Assembly: GCA_958415665.1 (NCBI GenBank) | Contig: CATYZK010000004.1 | Location: 20,142 to 84,141 of the forward strand | Source: an uncultured Collinsella sp. | Lineage (GTDB): Bacteria > Actinomycetota > Coriobacteriia > Coriobacteriales > Coriobacteriaceae | Length of the DNA stretch: 64,000 nucleotides | Direction: 5' to 3' | Shown: piece by piece, positions 38,244-49,089 of the stretch | How positions within the stretch are numbered: position 1 is the first letter of the stretch | Layout: each line of letters starts with the position of its first letter | Notes under the pieces: generated by a model | Database searches by the model: none | The model's input: the letters and a program-made list of their open reading frames with translations, nothing else | What the model was told of the DNA's origin: nothing | Program-made: the position numbers and the translations under genes

Positions 38244-38585
38244 TTACTCCTCGGCGCCCTCAGCGGCCTCAGCGGCAGCCTTAGCGGCCTCGGCCTCTTT
38301 GGCGAGCTGCTTCTTGGACTTCTTGACGACGGTCTCGGTCTTCTCGCCCTCGTTGGCGGCCTTGACCAGAGCGGCGACGGCGTCGGTGAGCTGAGCGCCC
38401 TTGGACTGCCAGTCGGCGATCTTCTCGAGGTCGAGGTTGATGGTCTTGGGGGCGGTCATCGGGTTGTAGCGGCCAACCTCCTCGATGATACGACCGTCAC
38501 GCGGGGCGCGGGAATCGGCGACGACGACACGGTAGTACGGACGCTTCTTAGCGCCGTGACGAGCAAGGCGAATCTTGACTGCCAA
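38244..38585 (-). CDS. rpsP: 30S ribosomal protein S16
   Basis: (M)[28 protein letters not shown] start at 38585 with GGAGGAG 6 nt upstream. Lys/Ala-rich C-terminal extension. Confidence 0.93.
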   Translation of the reverse strand: MAVKIRLARHGAKKRPYYRVVVADSRAPRDGRIIEEVGRYNPMTAPKTINLDLEKIADWQSKGAQLTDAVAALVKAANEGEKTETVVKKSKKQLAKEAEAAKAAAEAAEGAEE

Positions 38586-38641
38586 AGGAAACTCCTCCAA
38601 CCAAGCAGCTTTAGGCTGCAACTACAAACAAACAGTTGAAC

Positions 38642-38670
38642 ATAATACGCCATCGACGCGGGCAGGTGAA
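38642..38670 (-). promoter_or_regulatory. sigma-70-like promoter upstream of rpsP
   Basis: The minus strand reads TTCACC, 17-nt spacer, TATTAT. The predicted leader is about 50 nt. Confidence 0.4.
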
Positions 38671-38825
38671 GTCCGTGAGACCAACTTCTTCGGTGTAGTC
38701 GAGGGCAAATCCATATCTTAGACAAGAATTCGGGATTTGCAAGCACATACACGCACCCCACATGAGCTGCGCGGTATACTCATGACATGGAAAGACGCGA
38801 ACATACATACGGTTATGAGGATGCC

Positions 38826-40040
38826 ATGGGCGTCACGCCGCCTCCCTGGACGGGTCCGGCGGTGGGCCTCATGGACCTCGATGCGTTTTTTGCGAGCGTG
38901 GAGATGCTCGATCATCCCGAATGGCGCGGAAAGCCGCTCATCGTGGGCGGAGACGCCGATTCGCGTGGCGTCGTGTCCACATGTTCGTATGAGGCACGTC
39001 GCTTTGGCGTGCACTCTGCCATGGCCTCGGCCGAGGCGCGGCGCTTGTGCCCGCAAGCCATTTGGACGCACGGGCACTTTGATCGCTACCGCGAGGTGAG
39101 CGCGCAGGTCATGGCGATTCTTGCCGAGGAGACGCCGCGCGTTGAGCGCGTATCCATCGACGAAGCCTTTATCGATATCACACCGGGTCGCTTTGCGCCC
39201 GAAGACCCGCTACTGGTTGCGCGGCGTATAAGCGACCGCGTGGCAGCGCTAGGAGTGACGTGCTCCATTGGTGTGGGCTGCAACAAGACGGTCGCAAAGA
39301 TCGCAAGCGAGCGGGATAAGCCGTTTGGGCTGACCATCGTGCGCCCCGGAACCGAGCAGCGCTTTTTGGCCGCGCTGCCGGTATCTGCCATGAGCGGCAT
39401 CGGGCGCTCGGCCGAGGAACGACTGCGCCGCATGCGCATCTACACCCTCGGCGAGCTATCACGTGCACCGGAATCCACCTTGGCCTCTATTTTTGGCGTC
39501 AACGGCGAACGCATGCGCCAGCGTGCGCTGGGACTCGAAATCTCCGAAGTCACAAGTCTCGATGAAGAGCGTGAGGTCAAGTCGGTCAGCAATGAACGCA
39601 CCTTTGCGAAAGATTTGACTGAGCGCGGGGACATCGAAGCGGCGATTGCGCTGCTGGGCGAGTCAGTGGGACGCCGCCTGCGTCGTCAGGGACTAACGGG
39701 CGCCACGGTGACGCTCAAGCTCAAGTATTCGTATGGAAACGGTCGCTCGGCACAGCGCCGGCTGCCTCATCCGACCGACGATGAGAACATCTTCGTGGCG
39801 GTTGCGCTCGAACTGCTCGACAACATCTGGCAGGAAGGAATGCATGTTCGCTTAGCAGGCATCGGCATGAGCGACTTCGACCACCAAGGCGGCATCCAGA
39901 CCGACCTGTTCTGCGAGATCGATGACCGCGGAGCCCAATCCAGCGACCGCCGCGAGCTCTCCGTCGCCATCGACGCCGTCCGAGACAAATTCGGCGACAC
40001 CGCCCTATCCTTCGGCCGCCAATCCCGCTTCAACGATTAA
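38826..40040 (+). CDS. dinB: DNA polymerase IV
   Basis: MDLDAFFASVE catalytic motif and a Y-family fold. ATG 38826 is preferred (GAGGA 4 nt upstream). The ORF-track start is 38787. Confidence 0.92.
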   Translation: MGVTPPPWTGPAVGLMDLDAFFASVEMLDHPEWRGKPLIVGGDADSRGVVSTCSYEARRFGVHSAMASAEARRLCPQAIWTHGHFDRYREVSAQVMAILAEETPRVERVSIDEAFIDITPGRFAPEDPLLVARRISDRVAALGVTCSIGVGCNKTVAKIASERDKPFGLTIVRPGTEQRFLAALPVSAMSGIGRSAEERLRRMRIYTLGELSRAPESTLASIFGVNGERMRQRALGLEISEVTSLDEEREVKSVSNERTFAKDLTERGDIEAAIALLGESVGRRLRRQGLTGATVTLKLKYSYGNGRSAQRRLPHPTDDENIFVAVALELLDNIWQEGMHVRLAGIGMSDFDHQGGIQTDLFCEIDDRGAQSSDRRELSVAIDAVRDKFGDTALSFGRQSRFND

Positions 40041-40051
40041 CCGCCTTTGGG

Positions 40052-40095
40052 CAAAAAGAAAGCCGGGCAGGTGCGGAAAACCACAACTGCCCGGC
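40052..40095 (-). terminator. terminator between convergent rsfS operon and dinB
   Basis: GCCGGGCAG / CTGCCCGGC stem. The minus strand then continues TTTCTTTTTGCCC. Confidence 0.55.
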
Positions 40096-40139
40096 GAAAT
40101 GCGCGAGGCTAGCTAAAAAGCCCCGTATCAAATGAGCTA

Positions 40140-40595
40140 CTAGAGGAGGTCGAGGGGGAGCTGGGGGGCGTCACCCCAGAGCTTTTCTAGACGGTAGAAG
40201 TCGCGGGCTTCGGGAGTGAAGACGTGAACGACGACCGAACCGTAGTCCATGAGCATCCAGGTCTTCTGCTCGCGGCCCTCGATGGAAAACGGGTGCTCAC
40301 CGCAAGCCTCGGCGACCTTCTCTTCGATCTCGTCGACGATAGAATCGACCTGGCGGTTGTTGGTACCGGTGGCAAGCACAAAGTAGTCGCACACGTCGGA
40401 AAGCTCGGTCAGGTCGAGCACCTGCACGTCCTCGCCCTTCTTGTCGTAGGCGGCCTGCGCGGCGGCGCGGGCGACATCCTCGGCGGCGACACCGCTCGCG
40501 GACAGCGAGGCGGCGGTGCGGTCGGACGTGGCAACGAAACTCTTGTGCTCCACACCTTCAAGAATCTGCTCGTCAGTCATGGTCTCGTCGGCCAT
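40140..40595 (-). CDS. rsfS: ribosome silencing factor RsfS
   Basis: DYFVLATGTNNRQV...WMLMDYGSVVVHVF iojap-family motifs. ATG 40595 has AAGAGG 6 nt upstream. Confidence 0.9.
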   Translation of the reverse strand: MADETMTDEQILEGVEHKSFVATSDRTAASLSASGVAAEDVARAAAQAAYDKKGEDVQVLDLTELSDVCDYFVLATGTNNRQVDSIVDEIEEKVAEACGEHPFSIEGREQKTWMLMDYGSVVVHVFTPEARDFYRLEKLWGDAPQLPLDLL

Positions 40596-40623
40596 GGAAT
40601 ACCTCTTTCTAGACACACCCGAG

Positions 40624-41247
40624 CTAGCGCAGCTGGGCGTAATGGTTGTAAATCGTAATAGCCGTGGGATAAAGATAGCGCCCGGACTGGATCACATAGA
40701 CCAGACCCTGCGCAAAACAGGAGAAGAACAACTCGTCAAGCGTCGACTCCCTTACCATCTTGCGCAGCGCGTGGGCATAATCACCATGGCGGTTGGGCTC
40801 GATGGCATCTGCCACAAAGACCACCATATCGAGCGGCGTCATGTCGCAGGCGCCCACGGTGTGACGGTCGACAGCCTGGAAAACGGCCGGCGACAGCTCG
40901 GGGAAAAGCTGCGGAAGCTCATAGGCGGCAACAGGGCCATGCAAAAGCGGCGTCGCGGCAGAAGGAGAGCCGGCAACCTTGATGCCGTAGTGCAACGCGC
41001 GGGCCACGAGCTCGTCGTCGGAGAGAACCTTATCCCAGTCGTGAATCAGGCCGGCGGCGGCGGCATCAAAGCGGTCAACGCCGTAGACCTCGGCCAGATG
41101 AAGTGCGGTCTCGGCAACACCCAGCGAATGCACATAGCGCTTGCGCTTATCTTTCATGCGAACATCGAGCAGCTCTTGAATGCGCTTGAGCAGCGCGCGC
41201 TCATCGCCCTCAAACTGATCCTCTACCGACAACGTAGCCCCCATCAC
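40624..41247 (-). CDS. yqeK: HD-domain protein YqeK (bis(5'-nucleosyl)-tetraphosphatase-like)
   Basis: HSLGVAE...LIHDWDK HD motifs. Conserved nadD-yqeK-rsfS order. Confidence 0.85.
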   Translation of the reverse strand: MMGATLSVEDQFEGDERALLKRIQELLDVRMKDKRKRYVHSLGVAETALHLAEVYGVDRFDAAAAGLIHDWDKVLSDDELVARALHYGIKVAGSPSAATPLLHGPVAAYELPQLFPELSPAVFQAVDRHTVGACDMTPLDMVVFVADAIEPNRHGDYAHALRKMVRESTLDELFFSCFAQGLVYVIQSGRYLYPTAITIYNHYAQLR

Positions 41248-41921
41248 TCAAAATCTTCTTGACCCAGATCGACATACAAACTGCGCTTGCGAATGTAGCC
41301 GAGCACAGACTCGCTCGTAAGATAGCGCACGCTCATGCCGCGGGCAACTCGCTTACGAATGTTCGTCGAGCTGATCGCCAGCGCCGGAATCTGAATATAG
41401 CGCACATCGAACGGCAGCCCCGACTCTTTGATTCGGGCACGCGCCGTATCGATATCAAAACCCGGTCGCGTCGCCGCAATAAAGGTAGCAAGCTCAGCAA
41501 TTCGCTCGGCATCATGCCAGGTCACAATATCGATAATCGCGTCGGCGCCCGTAATAAAGTAGAGCTTAACCTGCGACGGATAAAAGTCGCGAAGGGCATG
41601 AAGCGTATCGGCCGTATAGGTTACGCCCGGACGGTCGATCTCGAACCGGCTCGCCAAAAAAGCCGGGTTCGCGGCGGTGGCGAGGACCGTCATGGCATAA
41701 CGGTCCTCGGCAGGCGTCACCGGCTTGTCAAGCTTAAAGGCGGGAGAGCCCGCCGGCATAAAGAGCACAGCGTCCAAGTCGAGCGACTCGCGCGCCTGCT
41801 CGGCAGTCACCAGGTGCCCGTAATGAATCGGGTCGAAGGTGCCGCCCATAATGCCAAGCCGAAACTCTTTGCCCTCTTTTATGGGCAGCTCGGGCAAACC
41901 GATTCCACCGCGCAGCGACAT
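41244..41921 (-). CDS. nadD: nicotinate-nucleotide adenylyltransferase
   Basis: GIMGGTFDPIHYGH nucleotidyltransferase motif and ISSTNIRKR. Confidence 0.92.
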   Translation of the reverse strand: MSLRGGIGLPELPIKEGKEFRLGIMGGTFDPIHYGHLVTAEQARESLDLDAVLFMPAGSPAFKLDKPVTPAEDRYAMTVLATAANPAFLASRFEIDRPGVTYTADTLHALRDFYPSQVKLYFITGADAIIDIVTWHDAERIAELATFIAATRPGFDIDTARARIKESGLPFDVRYIQIPALAISSTNIRKRVARGMSVRYLTSESVLGYIRKRSLYVDLGQEDFE

Positions 41922-41924
41922 GGC

Positions 41925-43403
<1,479 letters not shown>

Positions 43404-43407
43404 CTAC

Positions 43408-43450
43408 AAAAAGAGGGAGACCCTTGAATCCTAAAACTCAAGTGCCTCCC
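43408..43450 (-). terminator. imperfect hairpin plus U-run between rpmA and obg
   Basis: The minus strand reads GGGAGGCACUUGAG-loop-UUCAAGGGUCUCCC (3 mismatches) followed by UCUUUUUG. Confidence 0.4.
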
Positions 43451-43475
43451 ACATATGTGCTCTATGAAGGGTGAA

Positions 43476-43733
43476 TTACGCGTTCGCGAGCGGGCGTACG
43501 CTGACCCTGTGCTTGATACCCTTGTGGAACTCAACGGTACCGTCGACCAGCGCGAACAGCGTGTCGTCCTTGCCACGGCCAACGTTCTCACCCGGGTGGA
43601 TGTGAGTGCCGTGCTGACGGACGAGAATCGTGCCCGTGGTTACCGTCTGGCCGGCATAGCGCTTCGTGCCAAGGCGCTGACCGCGGGAGTCACGGCCATT
43701 ACGGGAGGAACCGAGTCCTTTTTTGTGTGCCAT
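43476..43733 (-). CDS. rpmA: 50S ribosomal protein L27
   Basis: [16 protein letters not shown]. There is no Firmicutes-type N-terminal propeptide. Confidence 0.96.
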   Translation of the reverse strand: MAHKKGLGSSRNGRDSRGQRLGTKRYAGQTVTTGTILVRQHGTHIHPGENVGRGKDDTLFALVDGTVEFHKGIKHRVSVRPLANA

Positions 43734-43766
43734 TGTGTATACCTACTCTTTCGTTACGAGTGTAAT

Positions 43767-44141
43767 CTACTCGGCGACGGGAGCCTCGGCAACAGCCTCG
43801 GCCTCTGCCTTGACAGCCTTCTTGGCGCGGGACGTAGCCTGGACCTTCACGATCTTCAGCTTGGTGAGCTGCTGACGGTGACCCTTCAGACGACGATAGC
43901 GCTTACGCTTGTGGAACTTGAAGACCAGCTGCTTCTCGCCCTTGAACTGCTCAACGATCTGAGCGGTAACCTTGGCCTTGGCCAGCTTGTCGGGATCGGT
44001 GACGATCTTCTTACCATCGTTGAGGAAGATGGCCGGCAGGGTGACCTTGTCGCCCTCATTGCCCTCGATCTTCTCGACGGTGATGACATCGTCGGTGGCG
44101 ACCTTGTACTGCTTGCCGCCCGTGTTAACGATTGCGTACAT
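43767..44141 (-). CDS. rplU: 50S ribosomal protein L21
   Basis: MYAIVNTGGKQYKV. Start at ATG 44141. Confidence 0.95.
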   Translation of the reverse strand: MYAIVNTGGKQYKVATDDVITVEKIEGNEGDKVTLPAIFLNDGKKIVTDPDKLAKAKVTAQIVEQFKGEKQLVFKFHKRKRYRRLKGHRQQLTKLKIVKVQATSRAKKAVKAEAEAVAEAPVAE

Positions 44142-44183
44142 GTTTACTTGCCCTTCATGCATCAGTTAGTGCAACAGCCGAAT

Positions 44184-44212
44184 ATAGTAGCAGGCGAAAA
44201 TACCCCCGTCAA
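44184..44212 (-). promoter_or_regulatory. sigma-70-like promoter upstream of rplU
   Basis: The minus strand reads TTGACG, 17-nt spacer, TACTAT. The -35 overlaps the stop codon of the upstream gene. Confidence 0.55.
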
Positions 44213-45021
44213 CGAGTATGTGGAGCAAATCCACAAGTTCGCACAGGTATGGGGCTGACGAGTCGGCCCTCGTCGTCCTCGCATGCTTGATTCTGACGCT
44301 CGACATCGTAGGAGCAGATGGTCACGAGGTCTTGCATACCGGTGGAAACAATAGGTGCATCCACGCCCGGGGTCAAGCCCTGCAACAAAACATCAGCAGC
44401 GGAAAGCAAAATTTCCGGACGCATGGAGCCCTCGTTGTCGGCATGGGTGTCGAGCATGAGCACCAAATGGTCCGGGCGCTCCCCCGCCGTGAGCTCATAG
44501 CCCACGAGCGTGTGATCCAAATCCAAGCGCTTGCTCTTTTTGCCGCGCGCGTAGTCGATGCCATGGTCCGCGCGCAGCGTGTCGATCGCGCGACGCACCT
44601 CGTCGGCGCTTACGGGCGCCTCGGGATCCAAGTGCAAATCAATGCGATACGACAAGCGCGTGAGCTGCGCCGTCAACGCCGGCGTGCGCACGTCGATGTA
44701 CGCCGCCTCGATGGGTGCCAGATCGGCCGGAGACGCCGCAGCCAGGCGCCCAAACGCCTCGTCGAGCGCCACGAACTCGGTCATAAACAGGTCATACCAC
44801 TCGCAGGTCGACGACGTACCCACCGGCAGCGCCGAAGAGAAGCCCACGCGCATGTGAGGAGAGAAGCCCTGCGTGACGGCATAGGGAAGTCCCGCACGAC
44901 GCACGATGCGCTCAATAGTATGGATTACTTCGAGATGGCCCAGATACTTAAGGCGATCGCGCTTGCCATAGCGAACACGAAGCCTAAAGAGCGTGGGGTT
45001 GTCGGTCAGGAGCTCACTCAT
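44209..45021 (-). CDS. radical SAM-linked protein (TIGR03936 / DUF2344 type)
   Basis: FRLRVRYGKRDRLKYLGHLEV...TQGFSPHMRV is characteristic of this family. Translationally coupled to the upstream radical SAM gene (4-nt overlap). Confidence 0.8.
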   Translation of the reverse strand: MSELLTDNPTLFRLRVRYGKRDRLKYLGHLEVIHTIERIVRRAGLPYAVTQGFSPHMRVGFSSALPVGTSSTCEWYDLFMTEFVALDEAFGRLAAASPADLAPIEAAYIDVRTPALTAQLTRLSYRIDLHLDPEAPVSADEVRRAIDTLRADHGIDYARGKKSKRLDLDHTLVGYELTAGERPDHLVLMLDTHADNEGSMRPEILLSAADVLLQGLTPGVDAPIVSTGMQDLVTICSYDVERQNQACEDDEGRLVSPIPVRTCGFAPHTR

Positions 45022-46895
45022 GCGCGATCACCCATCAATACATTCTTGGCGTGGAGCGTGGGACAGATTCCGCAGCCGGTGCACGACGTGCGGGTGCAAT
45101 CGGGAGTCGTGACACCCTCGAGCGAGCGACGGTACTCGCGCTCGAGGAAGCCGCGCGTGCAGCCGGGGCTCACATGCTCCCACGGTAGGCGCCAGTTCAA
45201 CTCGTAGGGTAGGTGTACGAGCTCATTGAGGTCGATGCCGTTTTTGGCGGCAGCCTCCTTCCAGTTATCGAGCGAAAAATGCTCTACCCAGGCGTCAAAG
45301 CGAGAGCCAGCGCGCCAAGCATCGATGATGACGGGCGTCATGTCACGACCGGCGCGGGACAGCGCGGCCTCGACGAGCGAGGTCTCGGCATCGTGGTAAT
45401 GCACGCGGACGGCGCGGTTGCGAACGCTCGTGATAAGCAGCTTCTGGCGACGCTTGACGTCGTCGTAGTCGAGCTGCGGGCACCACTGGAACGGCGTGGC
45501 AGCCTTGGGGATAAAGACCGAAACCGAGATGGACACCGAGATCGAGCCGCGACGGGCCTTGGGCACCACGGAACGACCGAGCTCCAGCACGTGATCGGCC
45601 AGATTGGCGATGGCCACGATGTCCTCGTCGCGCTCGCCGGGAAGGCCCATCATAAAGTAGAGCTTCATGCGGTTCCAGCCGGCCTCGAAGGCCGCCTTGG
45701 CCGCACGGTCCAGGTCCTCCTCGGTCACGTTCTTGTTAATGATGTCGCGCATGCGCTGGCTGCCGGCCTCGGGCGCAAACGTCAGGCCGCCCTTCTTTTC
45801 GCCGGCGACCGACTCGGCCATATCCACGCCAAACGAATCCAGGCGCTGCGACGGAATAGACACGCGAATACCCGTATCCTCCAGGCGACGGTTGAGCCTG
45901 CCGAGAACGTCGCGAATGCAGGAGTGGTCGGTCGTAGAGAGCGAGGTCAGCGACACCTCGTCATAGCCGGTCTTTTCCAGACCCTGAATCACCGACGAGA
46001 CGATCTGGTCGGCCGAGCGCTCGCGCACCGGGCGATACGTCATGCCGGCCTGGCAAAAACGACAGCCGCGGGCGCAGCCACGCAGGATCTCGATAGACAG
46101 GCGGTCGTGGACCAGCTGCGCATAGGGCACGCACGACTGCGACAGCGGATTCGTGGCACCAAAGCCCTCGACCACGCGCTTGTAGACCACGGTCGGCGCA
46201 TCCTTGCCCTCACGCGGCACGGTGTAGCCATGCGGCGAGCAGGGCTCGTCGTGACGAACCTCATAGAGCGACGGCACGTAGTTGCCGGCAATGGATGCAA
46301 GCTGCTCAACAATCTGCTCGCGCGGGACTCCTTCGTCGCGCAGGCGGCGATGCAGCTGGCAGGTCTCGAGCAGCGATTCCTCGCCCTCGCCGATGAGGAT
46401 GGCATCGAAGAAGGCCGCGTACGGCTCGGGGTTGTACACCGAGGGACCGCCGGCGATGATGATGGGGTCGTCTTCACCTCGGTCGGCCGCTAACAGCGGA
46501 ATGCCAGCGAGATCGAGTGCCTCGAGGAAGTTCGTCACCGCCATCTCGTGCGGCACATGCAGACCGACGATATCAAACGAAGCGACGGGGGCAGCACCTT
46601 CGAGCGACAGAAGCGGAATACCCGCCTCGCGCATGGCGTCACCCATATCGGGCCACGGCACATAGCCACGCTCGCAGGAGATGCCCTCGGCCTGGTTAAG
46701 GATGTTGTAGAGGATGGCGATACCCTGGTTGGGCAGACCGACCTCGTACACATCCGGGTAGATCAGGCAGCAACGGTAGTCGGCATCGGCCTTTGAAAGC
46801 GTGCCCCACTCGTGATCGATATAGCGACTCGGCTTTTCGACCTTGGCGAGCAGCGGCTCAATTAAATGAAAACAGTCTTGATACGGAACGCGCAA
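45018..46895 (-). CDS. B12-binding-domain radical SAM protein (TIGR03960 type)
   Basis: CARGCRFCQAG is a CxxxCxxC cluster motif. Length 625 aa. Paired with the DUF2344 gene. TTG start. Confidence 0.85.
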   Translation of the reverse strand: MRVPYQDCFHLIEPLLAKVEKPSRYIDHEWGTLSKADADYRCCLIYPDVYEVGLPNQGIAILYNILNQAEGISCERGYVPWPDMGDAMREAGIPLLSLEGAAPVASFDIVGLHVPHEMAVTNFLEALDLAGIPLLAADRGEDDPIIIAGGPSVYNPEPYAAFFDAILIGEGEESLLETCQLHRRLRDEGVPREQIVEQLASIAGNYVPSLYEVRHDEPCSPHGYTVPREGKDAPTVVYKRVVEGFGATNPLSQSCVPYAQLVHDRLSIEILRGCARGCRFCQAGMTYRPVRERSADQIVSSVIQGLEKTGYDEVSLTSLSTTDHSCIRDVLGRLNRRLEDTGIRVSIPSQRLDSFGVDMAESVAGEKKGGLTFAPEAGSQRMRDIINKNVTEEDLDRAAKAAFEAGWNRMKLYFMMGLPGERDEDIVAIANLADHVLELGRSVVPKARRGSISVSISVSVFIPKAATPFQWCPQLDYDDVKRRQKLLITSVRNRAVRVHYHDAETSLVEAALSRAGRDMTPVIIDAWRAGSRFDAWVEHFSLDNWKEAAAKNGIDLNELVHLPYELNWRLPWEHVSPGCTRGFLEREYRRSLEGVTTPDCTRTSCTGCGICPTLHAKNVLMGDRA

Positions 46896-46905
46896 CGGAA
46901 AACCC

Positions 46906-47835
46906 CTAAGCAGCGAGATCGGATGCGTCCTCGTAGGACGCCATAGGACGGGTAGCGCCCGCGACCGTGGTCACCAGATCGCGAACGCGGGAGAACGTGG
47001 CAGTGACCACCTCGTTGGCACGGCTGTAGTCAACATCGCGCTCGTAGAGCGAAACGAGCGCACGGCCCATGCCATAGGTGCCCGCGGCAGCAGTAAGCGC
47101 CTTGACGGCAAACCCAATATGTGGCGTCTGCTTGACGAGCGCACGGGTGACCGCGCGGATCACAAGGCCGCCAGCAAGCACGCCCGCGACCTCGTAGCCG
47201 CGCTCAGGCTTAATGCCGCGTCCAAAGACGGCAGCGAGCTCAAAGAGCATGCCCACCTGCGCCAACGCCATAACGGGATAATCGGCGCCCGGCAAAAACA
47301 CCAGCGCACCGGTCGCCATATTGGTGAGCGCGCACGAGGTGATGATACGATTGGCCGCCGCGATGCGCATGAAGGCAAAGTTCGCCGCAAAGGCCGTTTC
47401 CTTTTCGGTGCGATCGAGAATCCAGCGGGCAAGCGTCTCGAGCAGATACGTCTTATCGGTTGCCGCTACCACGCCGAGCATAGGCGTGGACTCCTCGATA
47501 AACGGCACCTCCACAGCAGACTCGGCAAGCACGCACACGGGCGCGCCGGCGATCACGAGCTCCTGCACGGCACTCTCCAAGCGGTCGGAGCCGCACGAGA
47601 GCACCAGCACCACATCGGTATCGGTCTTTGGAGCAATTCGCTCCTCCCCCAGACGCTCGACGCGCACAATGCCCGAGGTCGTCTGCGGCACAAAGGCGTC
47701 ACGCACTGTCTCGGCCAGAAAGCGCGAGGCGGACGAATCCAGATAGACCGAGACGCGCACCGGCGTATCGGAATCCTTCTTAACGGACGCGCCCATCTTA
47801 AAAGCGCGGGTCAGCTTATCTACGGGAATTTTCAT
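46906..47835 (-). CDS. uncharacterised protein; C-terminal half resembles DUF697
   Basis: Good RBS (GGAGGGG 6 nt upstream of the ATG). The C-terminal FLPGADYPVMALAQVGMLFELAAVFG fits my recollection of the DUF697 pattern (PxxD...Q..M...A..[FY]G). The N-terminal 150 aa have no motif I recognise. Confidence 0.6.
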   Translation of the reverse strand: MKIPVDKLTRAFKMGASVKKDSDTPVRVSVYLDSSASRFLAETVRDAFVPQTTSGIVRVERLGEERIAPKTDTDVVLVLSCGSDRLESAVQELVIAGAPVCVLAESAVEVPFIEESTPMLGVVAATDKTYLLETLARWILDRTEKETAFAANFAFMRIAAANRIITSCALTNMATGALVFLPGADYPVMALAQVGMLFELAAVFGRGIKPERGYEVAGVLAGGLVIRAVTRALVKQTPHIGFAVKALTAAAGTYGMGRALVSLYERDVDYSRANEVVTATFSRVRDLVTTVAGATRPMASYEDASDLAA

Positions 47836-47853
47836 AGCAAACCCCTCCAGCGG

Positions 47854-49080
47854 TTAAGCGGCGCCCGAACGATGCCGCCATATGGATTGTACGATACCCA
47901 CCGTCAGCAGCTGAATCATCATCGAAGACGAACCGAAGCTAATAAACGGTAGCGGAATACCGGTAATCGGCATCATGCCAATGCACATGCCGATGTTTTC
48001 GAAGGTCTGGAACGCCCACATGCCAACGATGCCCACACACGAAAGACGCAAGAACAGCGACTCACACTTAAAGGCGACGCGAATCGTCGAAAAGATCAGC
48101 AGCATGTAGAGGCACAGGAGCAAAAAGGACCCACAGAAGCCGAAGGTCTCGGAGAGGAAAGCGAAGACGAAGTCGGTGTGGAACTCAGGCAGAAAGCCGC
48201 CGGCCGACTGCGTCGCATGGCCCAAGCCCTTACCAAAGAAGCCGCCCGAGCCAACGGCGATAAGCGACTGCTGCAGGTTGTAGGCATCGTCCGAATCGGC
48301 ATTATCGGGGTCGATAAAGACCGTCAGACGGTTCATCTGATACTGCTTGATGAGCACATCGTGGCCGAGCAACGAATCAAAGACCGAATCGAGCGCCAGG
48401 ACGAGGGCCACCAGGCCCACGAGCAGGGCCAGGGTCGACAGCACCCATTCGCGGCGTGCACCGCTCATGCAGATGACGATGGCGCCCGAAACCAGCACGA
48501 CCAGGCCCGAGCCCAGGTCGCCCATGGCAACGACGGCCAAAAACGGAATGGACAGCATGCCGCAGAGCTTGACGTAATCGCGAACGGTATCGATGCGGCC
48601 GTTATACTGCGAGCCAAGCGTGGCAATAAAGAAGATGGTGATGAGCTTGGCAAGCTCAACCGGCTGGAATGTCAAGCCGATACCGGGAATCTTGATCCAG
48701 CCCGTCATGCCCAGACCGCCAGTATAGGACAGACCCGGAATCTTGGGCGAGAAGATCACGATCAGGTCGATGACGAGCAACGCCGTCGAGAAATTGGAAA
48801 TACCGCGCAGGTCGGTACGCCAGACCAGCACCGCCAGCACCGCCCCGATACCAATTCCCAGCAGATGGCGTGAGAACGAAGCATCGGCCTTAAACTGCGA
48901 AGCCGACCAGATAATGATGGCACCGTAGGCGACGAGCGCCACTGTAGCCACGAGCACACCGATATGCACCTTTTGGCGAAACGTGCCGCGCGAGGCCGAA
49001 AGCTGCTTGTTGACGCGGTCCAGGCTGCTGCGGGAGCCGGTCTTGGTTGAGCGGAACAGATCCGCCGGCGAAAAATCCAT
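47854..49080 (-). CDS. rodA: SEDS-family peptidoglycan glycosyltransferase RodA
   Basis: Polytopic FtsW/RodA/SpoVE family (SLIAVGSGGFFGKGLG, GIPLPFISFGSSS). Adjacent to mrdA. Confidence 0.9.
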   Translation of the reverse strand: MDFSPADLFRSTKTGSRSSLDRVNKQLSASRGTFRQKVHIGVLVATVALVAYGAIIIWSASQFKADASFSRHLLGIGIGAVLAVLVWRTDLRGISNFSTALLVIDLIVIFSPKIPGLSYTGGLGMTGWIKIPGIGLTFQPVELAKLITIFFIATLGSQYNGRIDTVRDYVKLCGMLSIPFLAVVAMGDLGSGLVVLVSGAIVICMSGARREWVLSTLALLVGLVALVLALDSVFDSLLGHDVLIKQYQMNRLTVFIDPDNADSDDAYNLQQSLIAVGSGGFFGKGLGHATQSAGGFLPEFHTDFVFAFLSETFGFCGSFLLLCLYMLLIFSTIRVAFKCESLFLRLSCVGIVGMWAFQTFENIGMCIGMMPITGIPLPFISFGSSSMMIQLLTVGIVQSIWRHRSGAA

Positions 49081-49089
49081 CGCAACCTC

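Noticed and set aside
38795-38825. SOS (LexA) box upstream of dinB: CGAACATACATACGGTT
   Set aside because: The half-sites are separated by 8-9 nt rather than the 4 nt of the Gram-positive/actinobacterial boxes (CGAAC-N4-GTTCG and TCGAAC-N4-GTTCGA). The right half is also degenerate.
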